DNA of 64,000 nucleotides from positions 1 to 64,000 of the forward strand of contig NIVC01001560.1 in NCBI GenBank assembly GCA_002269645.1, written 5' to 3'. The position numbers were made by a program, and so were the translations under genes. The DNA is from Macrostomum lignano. Taxonomy: Eukaryota. Each line of letters starts with the position of its first letter. The first letter of the stretch is position 1. The notes below the pieces were generated by a model that searched no databases, had not been told where the DNA came from, and saw only the letters and a list, made by a program, of their open reading frames with translations. Positions 20,593 to 34,331 of the stretch are shown here, one piece after another.

Positions 20593-22207
20593 CGTTTTCA
20601 TGGAAACTGGACATTGTCCAGCGAAACTGAGACTGCGTTGTTGTAGGAGTGGAATACTGTGCAGTTTTTAGAGAAATTTTCAGGTCTTTACTTTTTTATT
20701 AACGACTGTTTCCGCTACAAGCCGAACACTATCAAGTCTAGGTGAAGTGGATAGACTTTGGCACCTGCTTTTATGCCTATTATGATTGACTCGTGCGAGA
20801 CCAGTAAATTAGCAATAATCCTTGCCTCAGTTTAATCTCGTGTTGTATTCTTGCACTTTTGTTTCAGTGCAACGACAGGGCACCCCATCCTTTAGTCGTT
20901 GTGGTGACTCAGTTAGTTAGTCCCCCCTTGCGTCTTGGCTCAAGCTGTGGCGCTTCATGCGCCATGCACAAGACTGAGTTTTCGTATGGCTTAATCTTTA
21001 GCCGTTAGTAGTTTAACCCCCCTTTCCCAGTTCTCCTTATTGTCACAAATTTTGTGTCTTGCGTGTACTTTTTGTTGTTTACTACATTTCTGATTGGCTG
21101 GGCCGGCGGCGGGCTGGTGTTTCCTTTCCCCTTTTGGTGGGGTGGACCCCCCTTCCTCGGGCCGTGGCGCGGGGTTTCGCTTTTTCGTGCTTTGATTCAC
21201 TCTCCTCGTCAGCCGGAAAGCTCTTACTGCGAAGTCTCAATCTAGTGCGATTTGCACACTGAAACACTGAATAAAGAGAAACCAAGTCCCGTTAGAGACA
21301 TACTGAGGCTTAACGGCCCGCGTGTGCCAGCGCCTGTTGCCAATTGGGTGAGTATGCTGCTCTGCGTTCATTCTTTCTGTTGTCTTGGGATTCGGAGCTA
21401 CGACTAACTAACGTAGAATAGAGGGTTACACTGGTACGGCACTTGCTTTATTGTACGCCTGTCTGCACTACCCCAGACATCACGGGTCTGTGTATCAATA
21501 CTGTAGCCTGTTGGCTTTGGATCCAGGGATACACTACTCTCTTGACATCTGAAATACTTTAGTTTGTTAGTAGTTCTTATGAAGGGGTTTAAATTTGCAT
21601 TTTTCACTTCCTCCACAATCCCATTAAGTCTTAAAAGGCTCATTAAAACAATTAAAAGGCTCATTTTCTTAAAAAAAACATTTCAGGAATCAGGATTCAC
21701 CATGAGAAACCATTTAAGAATCGGCACTTTGACACCCTACTTTGGCACCTGTCCGTCTCAATAAGATATATATATAGACAGGGAAGAGCGCTGAGTCTCC
21801 AGCAGACCTTGCAGGCGGCTGATGCACCCAAATCCTTGCGATGGTGTTGGGGTAGACAGCCGCAGCATTAATTTCACACCCTAATGGAACAGCCCAGCAC
21901 AGACTGCACATCCATACACTGTTGCTGCAATATCTGCGCCTGGTTAAGCAGGTAAAATCTCTACCTGAAGATGTATTTATATTAGCAGATACGTTAGTAT
22001 TTTTATAAGAATATGAATTCACGCTCTACCTATGAGCTGGTTATTCCAATCCGGTATGCGTAAGCAAGGCGTATTCGTGCATTCTCTATCCAAAAGGATT
22101 CCGTAGGAAACCATGCTTACCATTTCCGTGCTGTGAAATGCACGCTTGTGTCACTGAAACACGGGTTGAGCTGCGCATTAGCCCTCTAAACTGCTTGAAT
22201 ACTGGAA

Positions 22208-22452
22208 TCATGAGAATCCTGAGATCTTGAGAATCCTGAGAATCCTGAGAATCATGAGAATCCTGAGAATCCTGAGAATCCTGAGAATCCTGAGAATCCT
22301 GAGAATCCTGAGAATCATGAGAATCCTGAGAATCCTGAGAATCCTGAGAATCATGAGAATCCTGTAAATCCTGAGAATCCTGAGAATCATGAGAATCCTG
22401 TAAATCCTGAGAATCCTGAGAACCATGAGAATCATGAGAACCATGAGAATCT
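22208..22452. repeat. 9-bp tandem repeat (gagaatcct)
   Basis: Directly visible. Confidence 0.95.
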
Positions 22453-24170
22453 GATGCATAGAATTCCTTCATTTTGAAATTGCAAGAAGATATTTTGGAG
22501 AAGAGAACTGCTAGAAGCTTCTCTTAGAGGTTAGATGTTCTCACAGATTGTCAAATTTTGATTTTGTCTGTCAATCATTAGAATTAGCTATACGAGTATT
22601 AGACCTTACACCGAGAGCCGAGCTCTGGTATAGATGATATTTCAATTGATTGACAATCCGAGTCTCAGTGCACAGGAAATTTACTGCTTAAATTTAGGCA
22701 AATATCCCGGATCCGCTGCTTCAAGCTGCTGAAAAAAATTCAGCCAGAGATTCTGCAGCCAATACAGGGAGAATTAATTTCAATTAAATGAAATCTTGAG
22801 TGGAGCCCCGGAGACACTGGCTGGCAATCAGGGGGGGAGGGGGGGGTGAGCGAGATGAGGCAGCAGTGGTGCAGCGCTGCTCATGGCCTCCTTTTGTTGA
22901 GTAAGATAAAAGCAGAATCTGCAACAAGTGATCCGCCTTTTTTCATTGCCCGTGACAAAGCCTGATGGCTGCGGGCGATCCGCCATTTCAATCAGGGGGA
23001 TTGGGGACGGAGGCCTACCAAACGATGGGGGGATTGAGAAAAAAATGTGACAGTCAAGGCTGAGATTTTTCTTTATTCCTTCTTTTAGAAGCAGAAAAGG
23101 AGCTGCCCCGCCCGAAACTGCGCCGCTGATTATCTTTGGCACAAAGACCGCGAGGTCTCCTCAATTGAATTCTAAAGAAGCAGATTTTGGAAATCTGCGT
23201 GACTCAAAATCTGGCATGTGGCTGACCAATGCGAATCCACAATGAGAGATTCGAATCTTCTGTTTGCTGCTTTCAATTCTGATGAAGAATGCAAAAAAAT
23301 TGAAACTGCGGAAGGGAGAGGTGGAAGAGAATGAAAAATGCTAAGAAATTGAAATTTTATAAAAGACAAAAAACAAGTGTTGCATCATTCTGGATTGTCG
23401 TTTTGGATTTTCACAATGCACAACAGATTTCATTTCATAAAGTTGTATGCATAGTAGGATATGTGTGTGTGTATTTATGCATATAGAAATATTTTATGCC
23501 AGTGTGTTAAAAATCTTCTTTCACAAGCAAGCGCAAGCAATCGAACAAAGGGAAGGAACATCTTGTCGTTAAAGCGCAGACAAGATCAGTGATTCACCCT
23601 TTCTGTTTCAGAAAGGATTAAACTGTTTCAGAAGCCACAATAGAAAAAAAGTGGTTTTAAGCTTGGAACGGACTCTGATGGAGCTGCTGGTACAGGATAG
23701 TCAAAATGCAGGTGCCATCACTCAGATGCTTAAAATTTGAATTTTCCCTTAGTAACCAGCTGATAAAAAACTGATTTTGGAATAAATATGCGCTGATTGA
23801 CAGATCGAAAAAAGTGGCCGATTGAAGACGGAAACGCAAACGCAGAAAAAAAGACGATGCTTTTCGGACAGGGAATGTGGGGTCCAAGCGGATCCTTTGC
23901 GCAGAGACAACAACTGCTCAACACCTGAAAGTTGGCCAGCAAAAGACGAGAGAAGCAACAGAAACCAATTAACAATAAGCGAATGACAGCAATAATATAA
24001 TAACTAGTTAATAATATGCACAGTTATCTGACGAGCACGAGACGGGGAGATGAAAGCAAACACAGCGGGAACTGGGGCCGAGTCAAGTAATAATTATAAC
24101 AAACAAAATCCAAACTCTTCATTGGTCTGTGCACTCTCTGCTTGTCTGTCTGCGTCCATCTGGTCTCAGC

Positions 24171-24596
24171 TCATATGCTTCCGATGGTGGGCAGATTGTC
24201 GGGACTGCTCTGACCATTCTGCATGTACTGCATGCACAGGTGCTCGGCGAATCCTGCCTGAACCAGCGGGGTCGGAGACTGGCTGCCACCGCCGCCGCCA
24301 CCGATGCTGCCTGCTGGACTGCCGGCGCTGCCAGTCTCCTGTTTGAGCATGTAGGAGGAGGCCGCGGCGGCGGCGGCTGTCATGTAGCCGGGGCCGCCAA
24401 CCATTCCTGACATGCCTGGAGCTGCGTAGGCGGCGTAGGCGGCTGGCAGGTGCGGCAGGTAGCTGCCATAGTGCGACATGTTCATCATGTTGGAGGCGGC
24501 TGCCTGCTGCTGCTGCTGCTGGTGATGATGATGGTAGGCCGCAGTCGGATCCATGCTGCCCAGATGATGATGGTGATGATGGTACTGCTGCGGTTG

Positions 24597-24671
<75 letters not shown>

Positions 24672-25124
24672 GTGATGAGGCATGTACGGCTGGGTGCTGT
24701 ACAATTCCCTAGGCAGAGGCTGGGCAACGGCTGCTCCAGGGGCCGCAGCCGTATAGCGATCCTGCCGCTTCAACAGGGTCTTCGTCTTGCGCCTCGGCCG
24801 GTACTTATAGTCCGGGTGGTCCTTCATGTGGATGGCGCGCAGCCGCTTGGCCTCATCAATGAACGGGCGCTTCTCAGTCTCGCTGAGACTCTTCCACTCG
24901 GCGCCGAGACGCTTGCTGATCTCCGAGTTGTGCATCTTCGGGTTCTCCTGGGCCATCTTCCGGCGCTGACCCCGGCTCCACACCATGAAGGCGTTCATTG
25001 GGCGCTTGACGCGGTCGTCCTTTCGGCCAGACGAGTCGCCTCCAGATGCGGCGGTTCCGGCGGAGCCCTTCACCGATGACGTCATTGCCGGAGACAGCAG
25101 GCTCAGGTGGCCGACAGGGGTGCA
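24171..25124 (-). CDS. SoxB1: SoxB1-group HMG-box transcription factor (main exon)
   Basis: [42 protein letters not shown]...[35 protein letters not shown] is a canonical SoxB HMG box plus the group-B motif (KTKT, B1-type). Poly-Q/His tracts follow. The internal ATG is at 25085. Confidence 0.96.
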
Positions 25125-25534
25125 CTGCAAAGGCACAGGCAGGCAGGGGGGCTCTTCGGGCATTAATGACGCAAAACTTGCAGCAGAACAAGCGGTGGCC
25201 CTCTTTGAGCGCGGTAAAGTTGGTCTGAAGCCACCTGTGGCCCAGTGTCTAGGGATAATTACTGACTGGTTCCCTTTGGACAGCCGGGGACTGCCGTAAA
25301 GTGTGGAAATTACGTAACGCAGAATTATATGAGGTACATAGGGTGATTTATCTTCGTGATATTCAGAAATCTTTCATGAAAAGTACTCGTATAGAATGAG
25401 TGGGATTCTTAGAGATTTAAATTCTTATAGGGACCTGTTTTTAAACCGTTCTTTTTATCCCCTACTTACCTACTATCAACTTACAGATGCATCCACTATT
25501 ATACTAACTTCAGCTGCCGATCCATCTATCTATC

Positions 25535-25612
25535 TACCTACCTACCTACCTACCTACCTACCTACCTACCTACCTACCTACCTACCTACCTACACACCTA
25601 CCTACCTACCAT
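25535..25612. repeat. (CTAC)n microsatellite
   Basis: Directly visible. Confidence 0.95.
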
Positions 25613-26469
25613 ACTACCGATTAAAATACCAACCTACCACCAAAAACTGCCCAATATTTTACAGTACTGCCCCTGAAAAAGCTTCTGGAAGGGTTCGAAA
25701 TCCAAAAACTGTTAGCTACCCAAGAAAACAAACTCCTACAGAGTGAAATGCACATTTTTAATTGAGGAATATTGACTAGCAAAAGACTCTTGAAATTCTT
25801 GCCCCTGCCCGGCAAAGCGGGGAAAAAAGCATGAGCATAGAGGATGAGAGGCAAGTACTGCTCCGACAGAAGTGCACCCCGGGGGCCCCTAATGACAGCT
25901 TTTTTTCTCGAGGCGCGCAGGTGTGCTTTTGCGTGCGAGACTTTCCCCACACATTTGCAGCAAGCCAGCCAGCCAGCCAGTCTCTCTACTTTGCTCCCAT
26001 CACTTTTTCTGCTTCCCTCATTCCCCGCTGAGGGTGTACGGCACACGGTGAGACTGACAATGGGCCACGGGCGCAGCCGTAGCCTAGTTACCTAGCCATG
26101 ACAAGCTGCCAGACTGGAACACTACGGCTGATGGCGCTCACTAAGGGTTGACAACTCGAAGGGGGATGGAGAGCGGAGCAGAGGCGGGATCCCAAACTCC
26201 CCCACCCACCCAAAATTATTGCTATGGGACCCCCCGCGGCGCTGGCATGCAGGATGTGGGGACTCGACGCCCACCGCCGCCGCCCCCCTCCCCAAGGGGT
26301 CCGCCCGAGCGACAAGAATTTTAATATAATAACGACAAGATGGAGCGAATTTTTTCATTATGAACTACGACGCAAAAGCGGAGGGGAGCCGCAGCGCTGC
26401 GGGGGGCTCGCTGGTTGAGAGGCTAAGTGAAGCCAGCGAGCACCTGTCCCAGCCCTATAGTCCTTCTCA

Positions 26470-27420
26470 CTTGTCACCTGTCTTATCTCCCCTGTCTTAT
26501 CTCCCCTGTCTTATGTCCCCTGTCTTATGTCCCCTGTCTTATGTCCCCTGTCTTATGTCCCCTGTCTTATGTCCCCTGTCTTATGTCCCCTGTCTTATGT
26601 CCCCTGTCTTATCTCCCCTGTCTTATGTCCCCTGTCTTATGTCACCTGTCTTATCTCGCCTGTCTTATGTCTCCTGTCTTATGTCCCCTGTCTTATGTCC
26701 CCTGTCTTATCTCACCTGTCTTATCTCACCTGTCTTATCTCACCTGTCTTATCTCACCTGTCTTATCTCACCTGTCTTATCTCACCTGTCTTATCTCACC
26801 TGTCTTATCTCACCTGTCTTATCTCACCTGTCTTATCTCACCTGTCTTATCTCACCTGTCTTATCTCACCTGTCTTATCTCACCTGTCTTATCTCACCTG
26901 TCTTATCTCACCTGTCTTATCTCACCTGTCTTATCTCACCTGTCTTATCTCACCTGTCTTATCTCACCTGTCTTATCTCACCTGTCTTATCTCACCTGTC
27001 TTATGTCCCCTGTCATATGTCCCCTGTCATATGTCCCGTCTTATGTCCCCTGTCCCCTGTTTCATGTTCGCCGTCTTATATCCCCTCTCGATTGTCCTAT
27101 GTCTCCTGTCCTATGTCCCCTGTCCTATGTCCCCTGTCCACTGTCCTATTTCCCCTGTCAACTGTCCTATGTCCCCTGTCCACTGTCCTATTTCCCCTGT
27201 CAACTGTCCTATGTCCCCTGTCCACTGTCCTATGCCCCCTGTCCACTGTCCTATGTCCCCTGTCCTATGTCCCCTGTCCTATGTCCCCTGTCCTATGTCC
27301 CCTGTCCTATGTCCCCTGTCCTATGTCCCCTGTCCTATGTCCCCTGTCCTATGTCCCCTGTCCTATGTCCCCTGTCCTATGTCCCCTGTCCTATGTCCCC
27401 TGTCCTATGTCCCCTGTCAC
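26470..27420. repeat. 14-bp minisatellite (tgtcttatctcacc / tgtcctatgtcccc) in the predicted Sox intron
   Basis: Tandem 14-mers with variant domains along the array. Confidence 0.97.
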
Positions 27421-27424
27421 TCAC

Positions 27425-27776
27425 TGAAGCGGAGTTATTAGACGCCATCGCGGGAGTTGACGCAGGTGACATGTCCTCGCCCATGTCTCCGCCGCCGGCA
27501 CCGCCGCCGTTGCACGAGTCTCCGCTCAAGCTGTTGTCTCCGCCGTCGCCGCCGCCGCCCTGAACGCCGCCAACGCCAAGAAGATGATGCTGTCTAAGAT
27601 CGTCCGGCTGCAGCTGCTGAGGCTGCAAATGCTGATGCTGGAGCAGCTGGTACTGTTGGTGCTGCTGCTGCTGCTGGTGCAGCGAATGGTAGCCGAAGTC
27701 CGGGTACATGTCGTAGCGACCGTACGCGGGATGCTGGCCTGAGTAAGCATCGCGAAGCAAATGATGTTGCTGCTGT

Positions 27777-27808
<32 letters not shown>

Positions 27809-27838
27809 CTGCTGCTGAATGTGCAGCTCTGCCGTCAT
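27425..27838 (-). CDS. Probable 5' coding exon of the SoxB1 gene (poly-Q, His/Tyr- and Gly-rich)
   Basis: ATG at 27838 and 138 codons ending at a TCA|GTGAGT donor (phase 0). A pyrimidine-rich acceptor cctgcctgtgcctttgcag|TGC at 25125/25124 is phase 0 and in frame with the HMG ORF. Confidence 0.7.
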
Positions 27839-29721
27839 TTTTATAGATTTTTATCTGCCCTCTCTTCTCCTACTTCTGTCCTAGACGATGTCTTTATTCT
27901 TCTGGCTGAGCCGGGGCGCGAATCAATTCTGAATTGGGTGGGCTTAAACAATAACTCAATTATTACGTTGACAATAGAGAGACAGATGGGGGAGCAGTAT
28001 AATAAGCCTCTGTGAATGGATCTCGGTGGATTATTGTCCTACACAATAAGTAGTTCACAAAGCGTCTGCCGCCGACCAGCCAAATAATGGGGAGGCTTTG
28101 CTTTTGTATCTTTTGCCTGTCTTTCTTCTGCCTGTCTCTCTGCACCGCGCGGAACCAAAGAAAGGACCAATAAGAGAGAGAGGAGCTTCTGTCAAGGGCT
28201 ACCGTATTGAATTTTGTCCTGCCGGTTTGGCTTTTGCAATGGATTGGTGGGGTCATGGACTCCGGTACTATATGCTTAATAGCAATATATCTGAGGCCGG
28301 GGTGGTGGGGGTGGGGGTTGGCCCACTGAGGGGCTGCGGGCCCGGCAGCCACCCCACTCCGCCTACTAACGATGAGATTTTGCTCTCTCTCTCTCTCTTT
28401 GCTGCATTGAGACTCTTCCCAGCTTGTCATTGGTCCGCTGGCCCATTGTTGCTCAGCTTTCTCCTCAGCCCCCACCTCAGCATTGGACTGCAGCCCGCTA
28501 GCAGAGTGGGAGAGAGAGAGAGACAGAAAAAGAGTTGCTTCCAAGCATCTGCAGTCGCCATCAGGCTTTAACTAGGCTTTCCCAGTTTCAAATCCCATTT
28601 TCTATGAGGCAAGAGACTTAGCCAGGTCCAGCCCACTACGCGCAGATGGGCGTAAAAGGCTGCCCACCGCAGTAGGGATCTGGGAATAAGAACTCAGTCG
28701 CAGAAGAGCTGCAAAAACGGGTAGAGTCCCAGCTTCTCTACTCCAGCCAGCCAAGCCTCCAAAGTGATGGCGACTGACTTTTTCCTTTAAAAAATGTCTT
28801 TTCCCTCCCTAAAAGACGGGGGCGTTTTAACCTTCGCGTCAAACAGTCTTGCTTCTTTTTGTCAGGTGTTTTGACTAGAACTAGAAGCAACACATGGTTT
28901 CCCTAGTTCTGTAGTGCTAGCTATGCAAGTGTTATAATAGACTTTTCAAAAAAGGAACAACAAACTTTAGCACACGGCCTACAGAGAGGCCAGGCCTGAG
29001 ATGCTAACTAAGGGACTGTATGAGAATGCTAAGCCTGCCACAGCAGGTTCCGACAATGCAACTAAGCTAGCGATATTCGAACTTTGAGTCTGAGTCACCT
29101 CATCTTAGTCTCATTATGATGAGGGTACGAAGAAGGCAACACAAGCGCAGCTCTGCTCAATATTGTCCAGTCGTCCTATATCTGTCTTACCTATATCTGT
29201 CCTCTGCTCAAGCCTCTCTCAGAATCTTCCAACAATCTACGACATCATCCGCCATCATCAAGCTCAAGGGCGGCCGTGTGTAAATTCCATTTCGCTCATT
29301 ATGCCAGCCGCACCCTGACTGACTGACTGGGCTGATTTCTAGCTGTTCAGGCCGGGAAAAGGGGCGGCGCGGACCCCACATGCAAAACGATGCGGGTATT
29401 GCAAGCTCTTTAATATACGGGCTCAAAAGCAGGGTCCTGTTGGTGGCGGTTGCCTTCTACTAAGGTGCAAGGGGAATGGGGAAATAATCGACCGCCATCC
29501 ACTTTGGGATTTTGTTCCGAATCTAGCAGATAAAATGTTGAAATGTCGGATCGGATTTCTGCCTACCGATGCTTGCTCCAGTCCCCGGATACCGCATGCG
29601 TGTAGAAATTCGATGAGAAAAATTATCTGCTAACAAATAGATTCACGGGATCTTTTCGAATTGTCGTTGCTCAAAAATTGTCCTAATCAAAATTAGACAG
29701 AAAAGGATGAGGTGACAGAAA

Positions 29722-30280
29722 AGGGGAGAGAGGGTAGAGAAGGAGAGAGGGTAGAGAAGGAGAGAGGGTAGAGAAGGAGAGAGGGTAGAGAAGGAGAGAG
29801 GGTAGAGAAGGAGAGAGGGTAGAGAAGGAGAGAGGGTAGAGAAGGAGAGAGGGTAGAGAAGGAGAGAGGGTAGAGAAGGAGAGAGGGTAGAGAAGGAGAG
29901 AGGGTAGAGAAGGAGAGAGGGTAGAGAAGGAGAGAGGGTAGAGAAGGAGAGAGGGTAGAGAAGGAGAGAGGGTAGAGAAGGAGAGAGGGTAGAGAAGGAG
30001 AGAGGGTAGAGAAGGAGAGAGGGTAGAGAAGGAGAGAGGGTAGAGGAGGGGAGAGTGGATAGAAGGAGAGAGGGGAGAGGGTAGAGAAGGAGAGAGGGTA
30101 GAGAAGGAGAGAGGGTAGAGAAGGAGAGAGGGTAGAGAAGGAGAGAGGGGAGAGAAGGAGAGAGGGGAGAGAAGGAGAGAAGGGAGAGAAGGAGAGAGGG
30201 GAGAGAAGGAGAGAGGGGAGAGAAGGAGAGAGGGGAGAGAGAGAGGGGAGAGGAGAGGTGAGAAGAGGAGAGGGGAGAAG
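29722..30280. repeat. 17-bp purine-rich tandem repeat (gagaaggagagagggta)
   Basis: Directly visible. Confidence 0.96.
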
Positions 30281-32202
30281 AAACAGTCTCAATGCTGGAA
30301 CCCAGACAAGGCCAGGCCTGTTTGAAGCGCGGCAGCACAAGAGTGAGAGATGGCCGATACGGGCCCGCTCCAAGTGCTTCCTGTGACAAGCGCTGCGCCA
30401 GGTTTTTGCATCCACAGCCTCTCCCTGCTCCCCCCCCCCTGGATCTTAATCTATCATCCTTGCCTTGCGCAGTCTTTTTCATCAGCGGGAGACCCCGCGC
30501 AGTACAGAGACTACCGGGCTACGGCTCTCTGGCATCCGGCTTACAAGACTCCTAGGAGAATAACACTCCGCTCCGCTACTCTGGAGAGCAGGAAAAAGTC
30601 GGCGCTGCTTTCTGAGCTTCTTTTTGAGTTTTTATTTTATTTTTCCCGGGAGCTGCAAGCGTTTCCTCTTGGCAGGCGGCTCCCAGCCGAGGACCAGATG
30701 TCCCAGCTAAGGTGGTGGGGGGGGGGCGAAGCAGCATTCCGAACGCAAACTCCGAATGCTCAGGAGTCAGCGTAATGGGCAGAATTGTCGTCAGCACTGG
30801 CTGTGCGATGAGAGCGCGCAAAATACCAAAAAATCATAAAAAACTTTAAAATCAGTTTTAGAAGAAATTCATTTCGAAGTAAGAAGTGAAATTTGTCGTC
30901 AGCGTAGCGTCCTTTTTACTTTTACTGGTCCATGCTCGCACCTGGGTCTTTGCGGTGTGGGTGTTATAATCTGAGAATAATTAGTCCAACCTAGTCCAAC
31001 CAACTGCTGAAGTTTGGCACGTTGCGTCTGGCTCAGCACAACCCCCGACCCTACGGATTAGCGCATTTGGCGCCGCAGCTGCTGGTACGGCCCCCCTCAG
31101 CACGTCAGCTGCTCACAGCTAATTTTCTTGGAGCTGAGCGAGAAATTTTTCTTTGGCGGCAGGTGCGATTTTGCAGAGAAATTCGGGAGGAGGCTCTGGC
31201 GGATGGCGCAAGAATCCTGGATGCGATAATTACCTATGAAGCGTCAAAGTCCATTGCCATAAATAGTTCCTGGATGAATAAACTACGGCTGGTTGGTTGG
31301 CTTGGTCGCGGCACGTTAAGTCTGGTGATTACGTCATCCGACTAGATGGTATGATTTATTACGCACGGATCGGCTACCAGGGTTAGGCTAGGCACTGAGC
31401 ACTTGTGCCTATTTTTATATATTAGATGGCATTTACACTGGGAGTTGTCTAGGCACCCGGGGAGCCACTTGTGCCGGCTATTCAATCATAGATTTTTTAG
31501 ATCCCCAAGGCTATGCTAACACTGAGCACTGTCAAGGGCCCCCGCCTCGCCAGAGCAGTCACCTGTTGTTCGAGATCTTCGCAACTTCAAGTGGTCTGGG
31601 AGAAAACACTGGAGATGAAGCACTGTTCATTGTCATCGAATCTTATTCTTCTGTAGAGACTTCCCTCCCCACATCTCACGTTCCCTGGCTAAACCGTGCC
31701 TATTGGCATAAAATATGACCGCGCTATGCTTTTTAATTAAATCCCGGATATTGAGACACCCAGGCTGAGGGGCCTGATGAGGAGAAATGCGCGGAGACAG
31801 TGCAGACCGGATTAGGATAAAACTTGCAGATTCAGAAGCAGCACGTTATCGCCACCCCCAAGCCAACTGAGAGAGAGACTCAGCATCAGATGAAGGACCA
31901 CCGGGATCTGAATAAGAAGAGTCGGTTTTATAAGCGACATCAGCCCTTCCAAGTCAAACTGGCCGCAGTGACTGAGAGAACAGCCGCCCATATTACAGAC
32001 CTCATTTTGAAGATCTCATAGGCCTGATAGATGTGATTGAATTTGCATAACAACTTGGGAGAAAAGGCTGCGGATGCGGGGTGAAACAGGTTCTGCATTT
32101 ATTTTACTTTGACTCCGGCATACACTGGAATGGGAAGAGGAGTTTCTGAATTGGCAAGCTGCATTGACCAGAGGATTAAAGAGCGGTACGGCAGTAGGAA
32201 GT

Positions 32203-32835
32203 CAGGAGTGACTGAGACTGAGAGTGACAACAGTAAGGAGTGACTGAGACTAAGAGTGACATAACAGTAAGGAGTGACTGAGACTAAGAGTGACATAACA
32301 GTAAGGAGTGACTGAGACTGAGAGTGACAACAGTAAGGAGTGACTGAGACTAAGAGTGACAACAGTAAGGAGTGACTGAGACTAAGAGTGACATAACAGT
32401 AAGGAGTGACAGAGACTGAGAGTGACAGAACAGTTAGGAGTGACAGAGACTGAGAGTGACAGAACAGTTAGGAGTGACAGAGACTGAGAGTGACAGAACA
32501 GTTAGGAGTGACAGAGACTGAGAGTGACAGAACAGTTAGGAGTGACAGAGACTGAGAGTGACAGAACAGTTAGGAGTGACAGAGACTGAGAGTGACAGAA
32601 CAGTTAGGAGTGACTGAGACAGAGTGATAGAACAGTAAGGAGTGACTGAGACTGAGAGTGACAGAACAGCTAGGAGTGACTGAGACAGAGTGATAGAACA
32701 GTAAGGAGTGACTGAGACTGAGAGTGACAGAACAGTTAGGAGTGAATGAGACTGAGAGTGACAGGGCAGCCCTAGGAGTGACAAAGTTAGGCAGTGGCAA
32801 GGTCGGTCGGGAGTGACAAGGCCGGTCGGGAGTGA
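32203..32835. repeat. ~34-bp (16+18) tandem repeat built on gagtgac
   Basis: Repeated gagtgacagagactga-gagtgacagaacagttag. Confidence 0.93.
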
Positions 32836-33009
32836 CAAGGTCGGCTGGGAGTGACCAGAAGTCTCTTTCACTTATGTGTATGACACAGTGTCACAAAGGG
32901 CATTTACATCTTATTTCATATCGAACTGCCCTCTCGCGCAGAAAGAAAAAGGCAAGCAGGTTTTTTGTCTCAACTAAATTTTCTATTCTTTTCTCTTCAT
33001 CTTTTTTGT

Positions 33010-33013
<4 letters not shown>

Positions 33014-33090
<77 letters not shown>

Positions 33091-33100
33091 TCTCTCTCTT
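33014..33100. repeat. (CT)n microsatellite
   Basis: Directly visible. Confidence 0.97.
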
Positions 33101-34331
33101 TGAAGAAAAAAATAGAACGGTTCGGCGCGCTTTGGCGGCAAAGAGTAGAAAGATCGAGTGTTTTATTTGAGCAGACTCTCAACAGGTGCACTCTCCGCCC
33201 CTCGGTATGCACCCCGCCGTCCTTCTGTCTTGTCGAATAAAAAATACAAAGTTAAGAAATGCTAGCAGCTCAACTAAGTTTGAGTCAAGTTGGTCTATTA
33301 TTTGTTATATACGAGGCTGACTGTGCCTGCTGGTGACTGAGCAGCAGTAAAGCGCTCTGTAGCCAGATAAATGGCTATAGCAGCACCTATGTTAGCCCCC
33401 CGCAATTCTGCCTCACCCACCACCCCATCCCAGCAGTTTCCGCATGGCTGCCCGCCGCTCAACCCCCCCCCCTCAACCCCCTGCACCCCTGTCGTTCCGC
33501 TCATCTAGACAGACACAAAAGACCAGTGGTGCTGGTGGCTGGGGCTGGGTTAGACTTCTTGCAGCTTCCCTTGAGCATCATCTCTCTCTCTCTCTCTCTC
33601 TGACCTCTGTCTCTCTGCTTTCGCGGTTGTCAGAAATTGTTTCTCGCTTGCCTCTCTCATTGCTGACTAAAAATTGCAGGCTCTGGTAGTCTGTTACACA
33701 GCAATATTTAAATCTGCCTTTTTATAACCCGAGTGTGCTTCTATATAAATTCTATTACTACTATGTATTAATATTAGAAAATAGCTAGAGCCCATCAACT
33801 TGCTGTGGGTTTTGAGCTGTAAGAGTCGGATGCAGCTAAGTTAAGCTGAGGAGCTCCCTCTCTCTCCATTCCCGGAAACTGGGAGGGGGGGGGAGTCCCC
33901 GAGATTCTTCCGCATCTTCATCATCAACTCAAAGCTCTTTAATTCCCCATACACACGTGGGATAGGACGAAAACTTAAGGGCCGGCCGGGATGTGGGGGC
34001 TCCGCGAGGCTCCAAAAAGTTTGGAATTACGTTAGAAACCCTGGAGGGGGAGGCCGAGGAAAATGGATGGTGGAGGGTTTGGGGAAGGCGCTTCGCTTAT
34101 CCCATCCTTTTCTTCACGTGTCTCGCGCCCACCTGGAAGCTTCGCTTCCGTGCTTGGGAGTGAGGCTGTGGATTTGGCCAAGGCGATGCCCGAGCCTTCA
34201 GCTTCATTCCATAGAGAGGATGAAGCCGTTTTTCGTGTCTCTCGCATGCCAAAGATTCTTGGCCACTCCAGTTAAGTCTGTTCGTCAGAGGCCGATTCAC
34301 CTATAAGGGATCCAATGGAGAAAGGATTTAA

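Noticed and set aside
21400-22022. Possible minus-strand exons of an additional gene
   Set aside because: Splice-like sites exist, but the translations show no recognisable homology or consistent frame.
26360-27563. Cys/Pro-rich 300-380-aa ORFs
   Set aside because: Products of the 14-bp minisatellite, open in all three frames.
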